From a virus (Duplodnaviria > Caudoviricetes): a stretch of 64,000 nt of DNA. Where the stretch lies: IMG/VR virus record IMGVR_UViG_3300009710_000010, positions 30,549-94,548 of that record. The stretch is one strand, 5' to 3'. The notes under the pieces were generated by a model. It was not told the DNA's origin. It was given only the letters and a program-made list of their open reading frames with translations, and made no database searches. The position numbers and the translations under genes were made by a program. This document shows, in pieces, positions 41,228 through 51,221 of the stretch. Numbering within the stretch: the first letter of the stretch is position 1; the number at the start of each line of letters is the position of its first letter.

Positions 41228-43276
41228 ATGCAGAAACCGGATAACAAAAATATATCTATCTTTCAAAAAGTCCTGGAAGCCGGAAATGCGTACCTGGACA
41301 CGCAGATTTTTAAAGCTAAAACTACAATCATCAATTCAAATATTGAAGACCAGAGTGACTTCTTTTTCGGTAAAGCCGTAATTGAAGATCCTAGCTATTC
41401 TTTACATTCCCAAGGTTGGACAGACAAACCTTATAGGATTCAAAACGGACATCTTAAACAAATGTCATATCAGGATTCTGCTATTGCTGCAGTTATTCAA
41501 ACTCGCCAAAATCAAGTATCTAGCCATTCTCAATTAGTTAAATCTGAACAAGAAAAAGGTTTCATGATTAAACTCAAAGATGAGGAGTCTATCTTAGCTA
41601 AAATTAAAGAAGAACTACGAGCTGAGATGAAGGTTAAAGAAATCTTAACTGGTGAGAAAAACGAAGCAACCGAAACACCAGAAGAAGCTTCTCAACCTGA
41701 TCAAAATGATGAAAACCCAATTCAAAAATCAGATATGAATAGCGGGGCAGATCTTGAAGATCAATCGTCAATGGAAGGTACCGAAGATAAAAACCCGTCT
41801 GACGATAGTAAATCAGATGATGAAGTAGAATTGCTAGAATTTGAGCTTGAAAGAAAAGCTAGAGCTAAAATGGAAGAGCAATTTGAAAAAGCTAAAAAAG
41901 CAGTTGAAGAATATATTCTAAATTGCGGCAAGACTGACAACAGACCATTCGAAACTCAGAAGTGGAATTTTGATGCCGCGCTTCGTGCCATGGTTCGAGA
42001 TTCTTTAACATACGATAACTACGCGGTGGAGAAGGTTCCAGACCGTGCAGGAAGACCTCATCACTGGTTTCCAGTAGATGGCGGAACTATTAAAAAGGCG
42101 TCAAGAGACTTACGTAAATATAAAGATGCTGCTCAAAATTTTTACAATATCGATATTCTATATCCCGAAAGATCTGAAGAAGCTCAAGCACGTCAAAAAG
42201 TAATCGATCTTAGAGAGGATCTTTTAGAAAAAGATGCATACAAATACGTTCAAGTTATCCGTGGAAAAGTAGAACGTGCATATACTGCTGATGAAATGGC
42301 AGTAGGTATTCGTAACGTAAATACAGACATTTATAATAACGGATATGGTATTGCAGAGCTTGAGTTATTAGTAGCGATGGTTACTGGCCATCTAAATGCT
42401 GAGTATTATAATCAAGCTTACTTCACACAAGGATTCTCTGCAAAAGGTATCTTACATATCAAAGCAGCTTTAAACAGACGTAAAGTTGAAAGCGTAAGAA
42501 CGCAGTGGCATCATATGTTAAAAGGTGCACGCAACTCTTTTCAAACACCGATCTTTGCTGGTGTCGAAGATGTGAATTGGATTCCACTAACTCAAAACCA
42601 CAACGACATTGGTTTCGAAGGCTGGATGCGTTACTTAATTACTATGATTGGTGCAATCTATCAAATTGATCCTGCTGAGATGGGTATCCACTTTAAAGCT
42701 GAAGGCGGAGGCGGCGGTCTAGGTTCTAAAGATGACACTAAAGAAAAGACTCAAAATTCTAAAGATAAGGGTCTGTATCCACTATTAAAACATTTACAAA
42801 CATTTATAAATGACCAAATTATAAAACCATTTGATGCCAGATTCGTAATTAAATTTACAGGCTGTAACGGTGAAAACTCTACTCAAACTTTAAATCGACA
42901 AAAAGAAGAGTCTAAATTTAAAAAGACAGTAAATGAACTTCGAGCTGAAGATGGTCTTCCACCATTGCCAGGAATGGATGATGTAATTTTAGGATCCGAG
43001 TTCATGACTTGGTATACGCAGTTCTCTCCTAAAGCCTTAAAAAAGCAAGCTGAAGATCGTAAAGAGCAGCAACGTCAGCATAAAGCTCAGCTTGACCAAC
43101 AAATGCAACTTCAAAAAGAACAAATGAAGGCGGGCGGTACTCAAGAACAGCAAGTTCCTCCAAACGAAGATATTTATGGAGAAGGCGCTCTTCATATGAA
43201 TAATCAACCATTTGTAGAAAAATCACTAAGAAAGTCTAAACAATTAACCGTAGAAGTCTATAAAATAGAGGACTAA
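41228..43276 (+). CDS. Portal protein (SPO1/Twort-like)
   Basis: VRDSLTYD, PVDGGTI, GYGIAELE, YQIDPAEMG, TVNELRAEDGLPPLPGMD. Confidence 0.9.
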   Translation: MQKPDNKNISIFQKVLEAGNAYLDTQIFKAKTTIINSNIEDQSDFFFGKAVIEDPSYSLHSQGWTDKPYRIQNGHLKQMSYQDSAIAAVIQTRQNQVSSHSQLVKSEQEKGFMIKLKDEESILAKIKEELRAEMKVKEILTGEKNEATETPEEASQPDQNDENPIQKSDMNSGADLEDQSSMEGTEDKNPSDDSKSDDEVELLEFELERKARAKMEEQFEKAKKAVEEYILNCGKTDNRPFETQKWNFDAALRAMVRDSLTYDNYAVEKVPDRAGRPHHWFPVDGGTIKKASRDLRKYKDAAQNFYNIDILYPERSEEAQARQKVIDLREDLLEKDAYKYVQVIRGKVERAYTADEMAVGIRNVNTDIYNNGYGIAELELLVAMVTGHLNAEYYNQAYFTQGFSAKGILHIKAALNRRKVESVRTQWHHMLKGARNSFQTPIFAGVEDVNWIPLTQNHNDIGFEGWMRYLITMIGAIYQIDPAEMGIHFKAEGGGGGLGSKDDTKEKTQNSKDKGLYPLLKHLQTFINDQIIKPFDARFVIKFTGCNGENSTQTLNRQKEESKFKKTVNELRAEDGLPPLPGMDDVILGSEFMTWYTQFSPKALKKQAEDRKEQQRQHKAQLDQQMQLQKEQMKAGGTQEQQVPPNEDIYGEGALHMNNQPFVEKSLRKSKQLTVEVYKIED

Positions 43277-43277
43277 T

Positions 43278-43520
43278 ATGGCTAAGTTAAAAATTCTTTT
43301 AGAAAAAGGTGAAACCTTACAAGAGGCTGAAGATTTAATCTTTAAGGCATTAAATCACCACGCCTCTGGTGATGTACATTCTAGTCATCAATTTCAAGAT
43401 CCAGCTATGGCTGCCGTAGCGGAGCGCTTCGAGGAAACATTTAAAAAAATACACCAAGATATGATTACTGAGATCGGTGAAGCTTTAGATAAGGATTATT
43501 TAAAACGTTATGGTAACTAA
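43278..43520 (+). CDS. Hypothetical head-region protein
   Basis: SD GAGG; overlaps the next ORF. Confidence 0.6.
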   Translation: MAKLKILLEKGETLQEAEDLIFKALNHHASGDVHSSHQFQDPAMAAVAERFEETFKKIHQDMITEIGEALDKDYLKRYGN

Positions 43521-44418
43521 AAAAGCAACTATCGAAGAAATACGATCTATTATTCAGAAGCACTATTCGCGACTGATTATTTCTGTATTGGGTCGGGATG
43601 CTTTAACACCTAAAGAATTAGAAGAATTAGAAGCTCAAGGAATCGACGTATCTAACCAAGATTCACTAATGTCTTTAGTTTATAATCACAACTTTATCAA
43701 CCATCCCGTTCAACCAACGGATCCTAAATCTGTGGAAGACATGAAGGCACAACAATCTGTTCAAGGACTTAAGCCAGTAGGCGAAGCCCACGAATACACG
43801 ATTGAGAATATTAACGACAAAACTAAACAATTAATTGAAAAATTAAAATTAGATCAAATGACTAAAATCGAGGGTATTATTCGAGAGAACAATGATACCT
43901 ATAAAATGAATGCTCTTCAGAATCTAGATAGAGACGACATCGTCGATGAATTAGTAAAAGAGTCATCTTTAGGTAAATTAAAACAAAAATTAAAAGATAC
44001 AGCTGGAGATGGTAATCGAGATTGGATGCGCGTTGCTTTGACTGAAATGTCAAATGCCATTGGTATTGCATCTGTAGATCGTATTGTTAGTGATAATCGG
44101 GATTCTGATTTGGACGAAATTTACGTGTATAGAGTGACTGTAAAAGATGCTAAAACATGTAAATGGTGTAGACGCTTTTATGATGACGATGATGGAAGTC
44201 CTAAACTTTATAAGTTGTCAACTCTACTTGCTAATGGATCTAATTACGGTAAAAAAACAGACGCTTGGAATCCGGTAATTGGGGCAACTCATCCAAACGA
44301 GAGATGTTCTCAAATGATCGAACTAAAACCCGGTTTCGCACTTACGTCTGATGGTATGCCAACTTACATTGGTTTGGATAAGTGGAAACAGTACATTTTT
44401 GAAAAGCTTCAAAACTAA
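43510..44418 (+). CDS. Head morphogenesis protein (MuF/gp7-like)
   Basis: RVALTE, TCKWC, HPNERC; follows the portal. Confidence 0.7.
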   Translation: MVTKKATIEEIRSIIQKHYSRLIISVLGRDALTPKELEELEAQGIDVSNQDSLMSLVYNHNFINHPVQPTDPKSVEDMKAQQSVQGLKPVGEAHEYTIENINDKTKQLIEKLKLDQMTKIEGIIRENNDTYKMNALQNLDRDDIVDELVKESSLGKLKQKLKDTAGDGNRDWMRVALTEMSNAIGIASVDRIVSDNRDSDLDEIYVYRVTVKDAKTCKWCRRFYDDDDGSPKLYKLSTLLANGSNYGKKTDAWNPVIGATHPNERCSQMIELKPGFALTSDGMPTYIGLDKWKQYIFEKLQN

Positions 44419-44477
44419 TTCACCTGAAAAAGCCCAATAGATATTATTCTCTAAGACCATACGTGGGCGGAGAAGCA

Positions 44478-45026
44478 ATGTCTAAAATTGATGCACAAAT
44501 CAAAGCTTTACAGCTTAAAAAGAAGAAGATCGATTATGTCAGCTACGTTGCTGATCTGATTAAAAATGATACACATTGCGTTGACTTTAAAGATGTTCAA
44601 AAAGAGATCGTAGATAAGATTGAACCATATCTTCTTAAATTAATAGAAGCTATTGAGTCAGATTCCGAAGTATCTACAGATGCGCAACCTGCCCTCTCTA
44701 AAGAACAATTAGAAGCTGTAATGTTGGTTGCAAATAAAGTCTTAAATAAGTCTCAAAATAGTACGCCATCTGCACCAATTCAAGACGGTGGATATACGCC
44801 AGAGCAAACCCTTAAAAAGGGTAAACAAGAGATGAATCATAACGATAAAATGAATTTTGCTATGAACAATCGTCATTTGGCAAATAAAAAAGTACAAGTT
44901 ATTAACGATCAAAACGTCCAGATAACTGGATCTGTCGTCGGACTCGATGCCCCTTATGTGGTAGTTAAGACAGATTCGGGTCCAACTATTAATGTTCCTT
45001 TAGAGAAGGTGGTATTGTTGCCATGA
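44478..45026 (+). CDS. Hypothetical protein with possible C-terminal Sm/SH3-like barrel
   Basis: KVQVIND...ITGSVVGLDAPYVVVKTDSGPTINVPLEKV. Confidence 0.5.
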   Translation: MSKIDAQIKALQLKKKKIDYVSYVADLIKNDTHCVDFKDVQKEIVDKIEPYLLKLIEAIESDSEVSTDAQPALSKEQLEAVMLVANKVLNKSQNSTPSAPIQDGGYTPEQTLKKGKQEMNHNDKMNFAMNNRHLANKKVQVINDQNVQITGSVVGLDAPYVVVKTDSGPTINVPLEKVVLLP

Positions 45027-45517
45027 AAAAGTCATCATTTATAGACGCTCAAGAATTCAAAAAACTTGAAGAAAATCATAAAAAAGTAAGAGCTAGTATG
45101 AGTCCTGAGCAACTAAAAGTTGCCCAAGAAGCAGACGCTGCTTTTGAGGAAATTACTCAAGATGTATTTGATTTTGAAAGCGAAAATAGAGTTCGTCGGG
45201 CTGGATATTCCCCACAAGAGGCTGAAGACATTGCTTTCATTCTTAAAAAAGAAAATATACAAGTTGGTCAAGTTTTTAAATATCACAGAGCTCGTGGGGT
45301 TGAATTATTGACTTTAACGCCTTTCAAAACTGTAGTTCCAGCACAAACGTATATAACTAGCTTACAGGATCGATTGTTTGAGATAACAACGGTTGATCAA
45401 GAGGTTATGGTTTCAAATTTGAAAAGTCAGGTTCAACAGTTCACGTCTTTATCATTTTTTGGTTTAATCAAATTGGCATTTAAACGTTTAATAAAAGGGA
45501 GAAATAATGGGAAATAA
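45023..45517 (+). CDS. Hypothetical protein
   Basis: ATGA-coupled ORF. Confidence 0.6.
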   Translation: MKKSSFIDAQEFKKLEENHKKVRASMSPEQLKVAQEADAAFEEITQDVFDFESENRVRRAGYSPQEAEDIAFILKKENIQVGQVFKYHRARGVELLTLTPFKTVVPAQTYITSLQDRLFEITTVDQEVMVSNLKSQVQQFTSLSFFGLIKLAFKRLIKGRNNGK

Positions 45518-46091
45518 AAAAGGACAACAACGACTACAACAATCAATGGGGAACATGGTAAGCCGAGCAGCACTAGCTCAGCTTGGTCCTCATATTGAAC
45601 AAATGGTAGTTGATTACGTAAATCAATTGGGAAGCAATCTTTCAACGCAAACAGCTTCTACATTAGAGTCGATGTTTTCTAGAATCGTAGTATTAGAAAC
45701 TATTCTTATTGAAAAGATGGGATATACTAAAGAAGATTTAGCAAACAAAGTTGCAGATATTGAAGATCAAAACCAAGGTCTTAAAAAGACCGAATCTTCA
45801 GTCGAGAAAAATGATGTCGTACGTCTTGAGATTAAGACTAAAATGAAAGAACAAACTGAATATCAAGGTACATCTAAATTAAGAATCTCTCAAATTGGTT
45901 CTGGTCAAACTTTGGGATTAGAACTCGAATCTGCTATCATTGGAATGAAATCAGGAGAAACTAAAGAAGTAGAATTCGGACAAAACAAAGAGATGCTTGC
46001 GCAGATCACTCTAAACCGTGTTTCTCGTTCTGAAAAGAAACAAGCAGCGGAGGCTTCAAATGAGTCAACAGCAAGTCAATCTCAGGGGTAA
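45507..46091 (+). CDS. Protein with C-terminal trigger-factor-like FKBP domain
   Basis: NDVVRLEI...IGSGQTLGLELESAIIGMKSGETKEVEF resembles TF/SlyD FKBP (GxGxxIPGFEExLxGMKxGE). Confidence 0.6.
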   Translation: MGNKKGQQRLQQSMGNMVSRAALAQLGPHIEQMVVDYVNQLGSNLSTQTASTLESMFSRIVVLETILIEKMGYTKEDLANKVADIEDQNQGLKKTESSVEKNDVVRLEIKTKMKEQTEYQGTSKLRISQIGSGQTLGLELESAIIGMKSGETKEVEFGQNKEMLAQITLNRVSRSEKKQAAEASNESTASQSQG

Positions 46092-46326
46092 TCGGGTAGC
46101 TATCGAAAAGACAAAGAAAGTCCAAAACAATAAAAATTTGGGCATTGTCATGCCAGAGTCTGAAGAATATTCAGGCACTATCCGTTATGTGGGAGATTCC
46201 GCTTCAAAGGATTTGCAAGTAGGTCAAAAAGTATATTTCGGAACTAATTACCAACAAACTAGAATTGGTGGATTAGAACTTTGCATTATGGAAGATTCAC
46301 AAGTATACGCAATTATTTCTGAGTAG
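46060..46326 (+). CDS. groES: Co-chaperonin GroES
   Basis: LRGNRVAIEK, mobile-loop GIVMP, GTIRYVG, LQVGQKVYF, IMEDSQVYAII; ATG 46060 after GGAGG. Confidence 0.8.
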   Translation: MSQQQVNLRGNRVAIEKTKKVQNNKNLGIVMPESEEYSGTIRYVGDSASKDLQVGQKVYFGTNYQQTRIGGLELCIMEDSQVYAIISE

Positions 46327-46331
46327 GACTT

Positions 46332-46958
46332 ATGTCGAGAAAAATAAACCGTGATGATGTCGATAAATTATATGATTACGATCTCCATATCCCAAGTAGA
46401 ACACTTTACATGGGAAGTGCTGAAAGTTCTCAAGAGTACGGAGAATCAGGTACCGACTCGGTCATGGCAGAGCGCGTTATAAAAGCACTCCATATATTAG
46501 ATAATGCTGCGCCAAAAGGCGATCAACCCATTACTATTATTATGAATAATCCGGGTGGGGACGAATACGACGGTCTTGCCATTTACGATGCTATTAAAGC
46601 TTGTAAAAATTATGTAACTATTATTGTTTATGGAAAAGCCATGAGCATGGGTGGGATTATATTGCAAGCTGCTGATAAACGAATCATGTCGCCCAACTCA
46701 AGATTTATGATGCATTATGGTACATTTGGCATAGTTGCAAATGCAAAAGACGTGTATAAATGGGTTGATGATAATAAAAAGATTGATACTTTAATGGAAG
46801 ATATATTTCTAGAAAAGATGATCGAAAAAGATCCAACTATAACTAGAAATAAATTACAAGAAATGTTAAAAGATGATTTCATTGTCGACGCTCAAGAGGC
46901 TGTTGATCTTGGATTCGCTGATGCTGTCTTAGGCCAAGATGAGGATGATCCTACATGA
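46332..46958 (+). CDS. clpP: ClpP-family serine protease
   Basis: NNPGGDEYDGLAIYD, AMSMG (Ser), MMHYG (His), AQEAVDLGFAD. Confidence 0.9.
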   Translation: MSRKINRDDVDKLYDYDLHIPSRTLYMGSAESSQEYGESGTDSVMAERVIKALHILDNAAPKGDQPITIIMNNPGGDEYDGLAIYDAIKACKNYVTIIVYGKAMSMGGIILQAADKRIMSPNSRFMMHYGTFGIVANAKDVYKWVDDNKKIDTLMEDIFLEKMIEKDPTITRNKLQEMLKDDFIVDAQEAVDLGFADAVLGQDEDDPT

Positions 46959-47722
46959 AATCATTAATAGACGTATTTAATGAAACTATTATAAAACCAG
47001 ATTGGGAAAGTAAAAGCAAAAAAGCTCCTCAATTTAAAATAAAGCCATCAATGATTGGTTCTTCTTGCGAACGTAAAATTTACTACGCTTCTGCAGGAGT
47101 TGAGGAAGATTACGGATTTGATCTTAAAGGTAAAAAGAGAATGCTTTTAGGAGATTCTATTGAGACATCTCTTGAAAAGGTTTTTAGAAAGTCTGGAATA
47201 CTAATAGACTATGTAAATCCAGATGGAACACCTCATCGTAAATTTGGCTTTGCGGATGTTACTACACAGTTTCCAGTGGAATGCGCTGATATTTACATTA
47301 AAAATGGCTATATTGATGCTGTCTGTATTTTAGACGGTAAATTATGGATCGCAGATTATAAATCAATAAATCTAAATGGATTTGGTGGACTATTATCTGC
47401 TAAGAATGACCACTTAATTCAAACTGTAATTTATCTTTATATATTTAATTTGATGTTAGCTGAGGGTAAGTTTTCACACATAGAAAAGCTTCAGGGATTT
47501 ACAAAGGCTGAAGGCGTACGGATCCTTTATGTGAACAAAGATGACACTGAAATGAAAGAGTTTACTCTTACAGATACAGATGCGTTCTTTGCCCAAATCG
47601 TTAATAAAATCATGGCTACTAGAAAGAACTATGATACTAAAACTTTACCACCTAAAACTCCAGAATTCTGCAATACTTGTAACTGGCGAGACAAGTGTAA
47701 AAAGAATTTCAATATATCATAA
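46955..47722 (+). CDS. Cas4-like PD-(D/E)xK exonuclease with Fe-S cysteines
   Basis: PSMIGSSCERK, GYIDA, DYKS, FCNTCNWRDKC. Confidence 0.8.
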   Translation: MKSLIDVFNETIIKPDWESKSKKAPQFKIKPSMIGSSCERKIYYASAGVEEDYGFDLKGKKRMLLGDSIETSLEKVFRKSGILIDYVNPDGTPHRKFGFADVTTQFPVECADIYIKNGYIDAVCILDGKLWIADYKSINLNGFGGLLSAKNDHLIQTVIYLYIFNLMLAEGKFSHIEKLQGFTKAEGVRILYVNKDDTEMKEFTLTDTDAFFAQIVNKIMATRKNYDTKTLPPKTPEFCNTCNWRDKCKKNFNIS

Positions 47723-47797
47723 TAATTAGTTTACCTAACTAACTATTAAAAGCTAAAATATTAAAAGAGAAGTCATACCAATATTAAAGGAGAGAAT

Positions 47798-48754
47798 ATG
47801 ACAAAAGTCCTTATCGGATTGCTGGCAGTCGGTGTCTTGCTAGTAAGCTACCCAGTGGGTAAAAAAGTAGTCGATACCGTCCGTAGTGGAGGAATCACTC
47901 AAGAGCAAGATAATACCAATGCGGTTGAAATCAAGCTACCAGATACGTTGTCTGATCTTCTAACAGAAGCTCCTAAAAAATTGACAACAGTTAAAAAGAC
48001 GCTTGTCTTGGAAGGCAAAAATACAGTTACCCTTCGAGGTCCTGTCACTAGTGACTCAGTTGGTAAACTAATCCAAGAGATCTCTAAATTAAGTCGCAAT
48101 CTTCCTAAAACTGAAGCAATCTATTTGGTTTTAGATACTCCAGGTGGATCTGTATTCGACGGTATGGACTTCATTGATTTCTTAGAAGCTATCCCTCAAG
48201 AGGTTCGAACAGTAACTCTCTTTGCTGCTTCAATGGGATTCCAGATTGCTGAGAATAACCCAGGTAAAAGAATTATCGCACGTAACGGTGTTTTAATGAG
48301 TCACCGAGCTGCTGGCGGTTTAGATGGCCAATTTGATGGTGAATTTGAAAGTCGATACCGCATGGTAAAGCAAAAGATTGATTTCTTAGATGCGACTGTT
48401 TCCCAGCGTTTAGGTATGAAATATGAAGATTACAAAGCCAAAATCGTCAATGAGTGGTGGATCCATGGCTTTAACGCTGTAGATGAAAAGGTAGCTGACG
48501 AAATGGCACTTATTCAGTGTGGTTCGACTATGAACGGTACTGATGAGGTTATAATCAATACTATGTTTGGCCCAATTAAAGTGGTATTCGATAAATGTCC
48601 TTTGCTCAAGGAACCTGTATCTGTAGACTTTGCAGGAATCTCTCAACACGCACAACCATACGTAAAATCAGTATTTAATGATTTAATCCATAATAAACAA
48701 AAGTTTACTAAAGACTTTATTTTATCGAATAAATTTCACACATTATTTAAGTAA
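47798..48754 (+). CDS. Second ClpP-like protease with N-terminal membrane anchor/signal
   Basis: [21 protein letters not shown]; N-terminal [15 protein letters not shown]. Confidence 0.8.
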   Translation: MTKVLIGLLAVGVLLVSYPVGKKVVDTVRSGGITQEQDNTNAVEIKLPDTLSDLLTEAPKKLTTVKKTLVLEGKNTVTLRGPVTSDSVGKLIQEISKLSRNLPKTEAIYLVLDTPGGSVFDGMDFIDFLEAIPQEVRTVTLFAASMGFQIAENNPGKRIIARNGVLMSHRAAGGLDGQFDGEFESRYRMVKQKIDFLDATVSQRLGMKYEDYKAKIVNEWWIHGFNAVDEKVADEMALIQCGSTMNGTDEVIINTMFGPIKVVFDKCPLLKEPVSVDFAGISQHAQPYVKSVFNDLIHNKQKFTKDFILSNKFHTLFK

Positions 48755-48792
48755 TTAACACCGAGCCCCGATGAGGGGCTTTAGGATTTAAA

Positions 48793-49164
48793 ATGACAGA
48801 TTCTACCGACAACTCGGGGAACTGTCCTCCTGATAACAAACCTGAAAACAAGGAAGAAGTAGGCTGTCCCTGGCATATAAATTCTCCAGAACATCATAAC
48901 TGCCTTTGGCTATATATTATAGACAAGAGCGGTCCAGATGGATCTATGCCTGAACTTGTTCAGTCGGAAATAGCTCAACTTTTAGGATGGTCTAACACGA
49001 AGACACACTTTATGTTGAAGCAAGCAATGGCCGAATTAAATCAAGCTTTTAAAAATTATAAATCAAACCAGCTTATAGCTGGAGATCCAGACCAAAACGT
49101 TGAATTAAACTCATTTGATATTGATCCAATTTCTAACTATACTTCTGAGGATTCTGAAGAGTAG
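48793..49164 (+). CDS. Small sigma-region-4-like HTH protein
   Basis: QSEIAQLLGWSNTKTHFMLKQAMAEL preceded by CPWH...HNCLW. Confidence 0.5.
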   Translation: MTDSTDNSGNCPPDNKPENKEEVGCPWHINSPEHHNCLWLYIIDKSGPDGSMPELVQSEIAQLLGWSNTKTHFMLKQAMAELNQAFKNYKSNQLIAGDPDQNVELNSFDIDPISNYTSEDSEE

Positions 49165-49175
49165 TTTAGTTGATT

Positions 49176-49184
49176 TGATAAAAT
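49176..49184 (+). promoter_or_regulatory. Extended -10 promoter TGnTAnAAT (also at 22839, 38124, 41147, 51099, 52695, 60425)
   Basis: Recurs upstream of operon starts with no clear -35. Confidence 0.6.
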
Positions 49185-49190
49185 GTAGTT

Positions 49191-50051
49191 ATGAAAAACG
49201 ATTTTAAATTTGTAATCCCCGCAGAAATTTCAAAAGGTAAAGATGGAGAGTGGAGAGTAGCTGGTATAGCTTCCACATCTTCTAAAGACCGTCAAGGGGA
49301 AATTATTATTCCAGAAGGTATCGATGCTACGCCTATTGCCAAGGGAAAAGGATTCTTTAACTGGGACCACGACAACTCACCAGAAAATACAGTCGGAGTT
49401 CTTGATTCTTATAAAAAAACAGCTAATGGCATGTTTGTTGAAGGTCGCCTGTTTAAGAATCACACCCGGGCTAAAGCTGTATACGAAATCATGTCTTCCC
49501 TTAACAAAGGTGATACGGGCCGAGTCGGAATGTCAGTCGAAGGTAAAGTCATTGAGCGTGATCCGAATAACCCGTCTATTATCAAACGCTGCCTTATCAA
49601 AAATGTGGCATTAACGATGAATCCTGTGAATCAAGATACGTATGCAGACATAATCAAATCCATGACTGGCGAAAGTGAAGTTGAATTTGCATCTGAAGGA
49701 AAACCAGCTGATCCAACAGAACAACCAGTAGTTAAGTCTGAAGAACCTACTTTTACTGCATCTCAAGTATTCGCAATGATGGAAAAAGCATTAGGTATTG
49801 GTGCAGGAAATTCTGCAGCTCCAGCTGATCGATCTGGCGGAGATGCTTTAAGCATGGAATCTATGGACAAAAAGAAAGTCGATAAGAAGAAACTTAAAAA
49901 ATCTTCTGCGGATATTTTTAAGTCCCAAATGATTGAAGTTCTAGATAAGTTACAAGCTTTATATCCAAACCATACTAGATCTGAGATATGGTCGGCGGTA
50001 CAAGAGCGTATGGAAACTAAGTTTCCTGAGCTTAAAACAAAAGAACTTTAA
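49191..50051 (+). CDS. Prohead protease
   Basis: GIASTSSKDRQGE, NWDH, GMSVEG, VALTMNPVN. Confidence 0.88.
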   Translation: MKNDFKFVIPAEISKGKDGEWRVAGIASTSSKDRQGEIIIPEGIDATPIAKGKGFFNWDHDNSPENTVGVLDSYKKTANGMFVEGRLFKNHTRAKAVYEIMSSLNKGDTGRVGMSVEGKVIERDPNNPSIIKRCLIKNVALTMNPVNQDTYADIIKSMTGESEVEFASEGKPADPTEQPVVKSEEPTFTASQVFAMMEKALGIGAGNSAAPADRSGGDALSMESMDKKKVDKKKLKKSSADIFKSQMIEVLDKLQALYPNHTRSEIWSAVQERMETKFPELKTKEL

Positions 50052-50094
50052 TTTAGGTACAATTATTATAGTTTAAAATACAAGGAGTTTTCAC

Positions 50095-50214
50095 ATGTCT
50101 GAAGAACTTAAAAAGCGCATTCGCGTATCAATCACTGACAAAGACACGGCTAACGAACTTATTGCTCTTTTAGAGAATATGTTAGAACGTATCGTTGCCC
50201 TTGAAACACCGTAA
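50095..50214 (+). CDS. Small unlisted ORF (39 aa, MSEELKKRIRVSIT...RIVALETP)
   Basis: AAGGAG SD, upstream AGGTACAAT promoter-like box, fills the gap before the scaffold gene. Confidence 0.6.
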   Translation: MSEELKKRIRVSITDKDTANELIALLENMLERIVALETP

Positions 50215-50231
50215 TCTTTTAGGAGAGAACA

Positions 50232-51092
50232 ATGGATAAAAACAAAACTACAAATGAGGATCTGAATAAATCCATCGATTCTCTTATCGAGGATCTATTT
50301 GCAGAGCCTGTTCAAAAAGGTGAAAACTTTGAAGTAGCTAACGCTGCTAAAACCACTGCAGATGCTGCTATTGCGGCTGCTCCGACTTTCCAAGATGATG
50401 CTGCGCGTGGTGCTGGTCGTCCAAAACAAATCTCTGACGTTCCTAAAAACGACGAAGATGGAAAACGTGACGGAACATACGATGCAACTATTGCTGCTGC
50501 TATCGGTGAGATCGAGAATGATGAAGCTAAAAAACAAGCTAAATCTATTGATCAAACTACATCGGCTGGTCGTATGGGTGAAGGTCCTAAAATGAAGGAT
50601 CCACGCCTTTCTAAATCATTAACTGATGAAGAGTATGCTGAATATCAATCTTTAAAGAAAGCTTCAGATGAAGCTAAAGCTAAAGCAGACGCTGAAGCTA
50701 AAGCTCTAGAACTTAAAAAATCTGAAGATCTTAAAAAAGCCGAATTTGAATCTTTAGTTAAGTCTGCGGTTGCATCTGCAATTGCTCCGATTCAACAAAA
50801 GAATGAAGAGCTTCAAAAGTCTTTAGAGAAATCTGAAGCACTTATTAAAGCTATGGCGGGTCAGCCTCAACGTTCTAAATCTGTGACTGGAATCGAAGCA
50901 TTAGAAAAATCAATGCCTGAAGATCAAGGTCCTAAGGAATTCACTAAGTCTGAAAAACTAGATGCAGCTGAACGCCTTGTGATGAAGAAAGCTCTTCCAA
51001 TGGAAGCAGTAGTTGAGCTTGAAAACACCGGTACTCTTTATAATGCAGAGTACAGAAAGTTAATTGAAGCAGAACTTCAAAAACAAAACTAA
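50232..51092 (+). CDS. Putative capsid scaffold protein
   Basis: Charged coiled coil with repeated LxKS motifs, between protease and capsid. Confidence 0.6.
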   Translation: MDKNKTTNEDLNKSIDSLIEDLFAEPVQKGENFEVANAAKTTADAAIAAAPTFQDDAARGAGRPKQISDVPKNDEDGKRDGTYDATIAAAIGEIENDEAKKQAKSIDQTTSAGRMGEGPKMKDPRLSKSLTDEEYAEYQSLKKASDEAKAKADAEAKALELKKSEDLKKAEFESLVKSAVASAIAPIQQKNEELQKSLEKSEALIKAMAGQPQRSKSVTGIEALEKSMPEDQGPKEFTKSEKLDAAERLVMKKALPMEAVVELENTGTLYNAEYRKLIEAELQKQN

Positions 51093-51116
51093 TAATTTTG
51101 CTATAATTTAAAAGTT

Positions 51117-51136
51117 AGCTGGACTTCGGTCCAGCT
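51117..51136 (+). promoter_or_regulatory. cUUCGg hairpin at the 5' end of the capsid transcript
   Basis: AGCTGGAC-TTCG-GTCCAGCT just after TGCTATAAT (51099-51107). Confidence 0.6.
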
Positions 51137-51221
51137 TTAATTAGATCTTAAAAATAACATTCTTTTTACAAATAATCAAATAACAGAAAACTAAAAACTA
51201 TTTTACTTTAAGGAGTAAAAC

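Noticed and set aside
46955-47722. Cas4-like gene as a CRISPR-Cas system
   Set aside because: No array or other cas genes; solo Cas4-like exonucleases are common in phages
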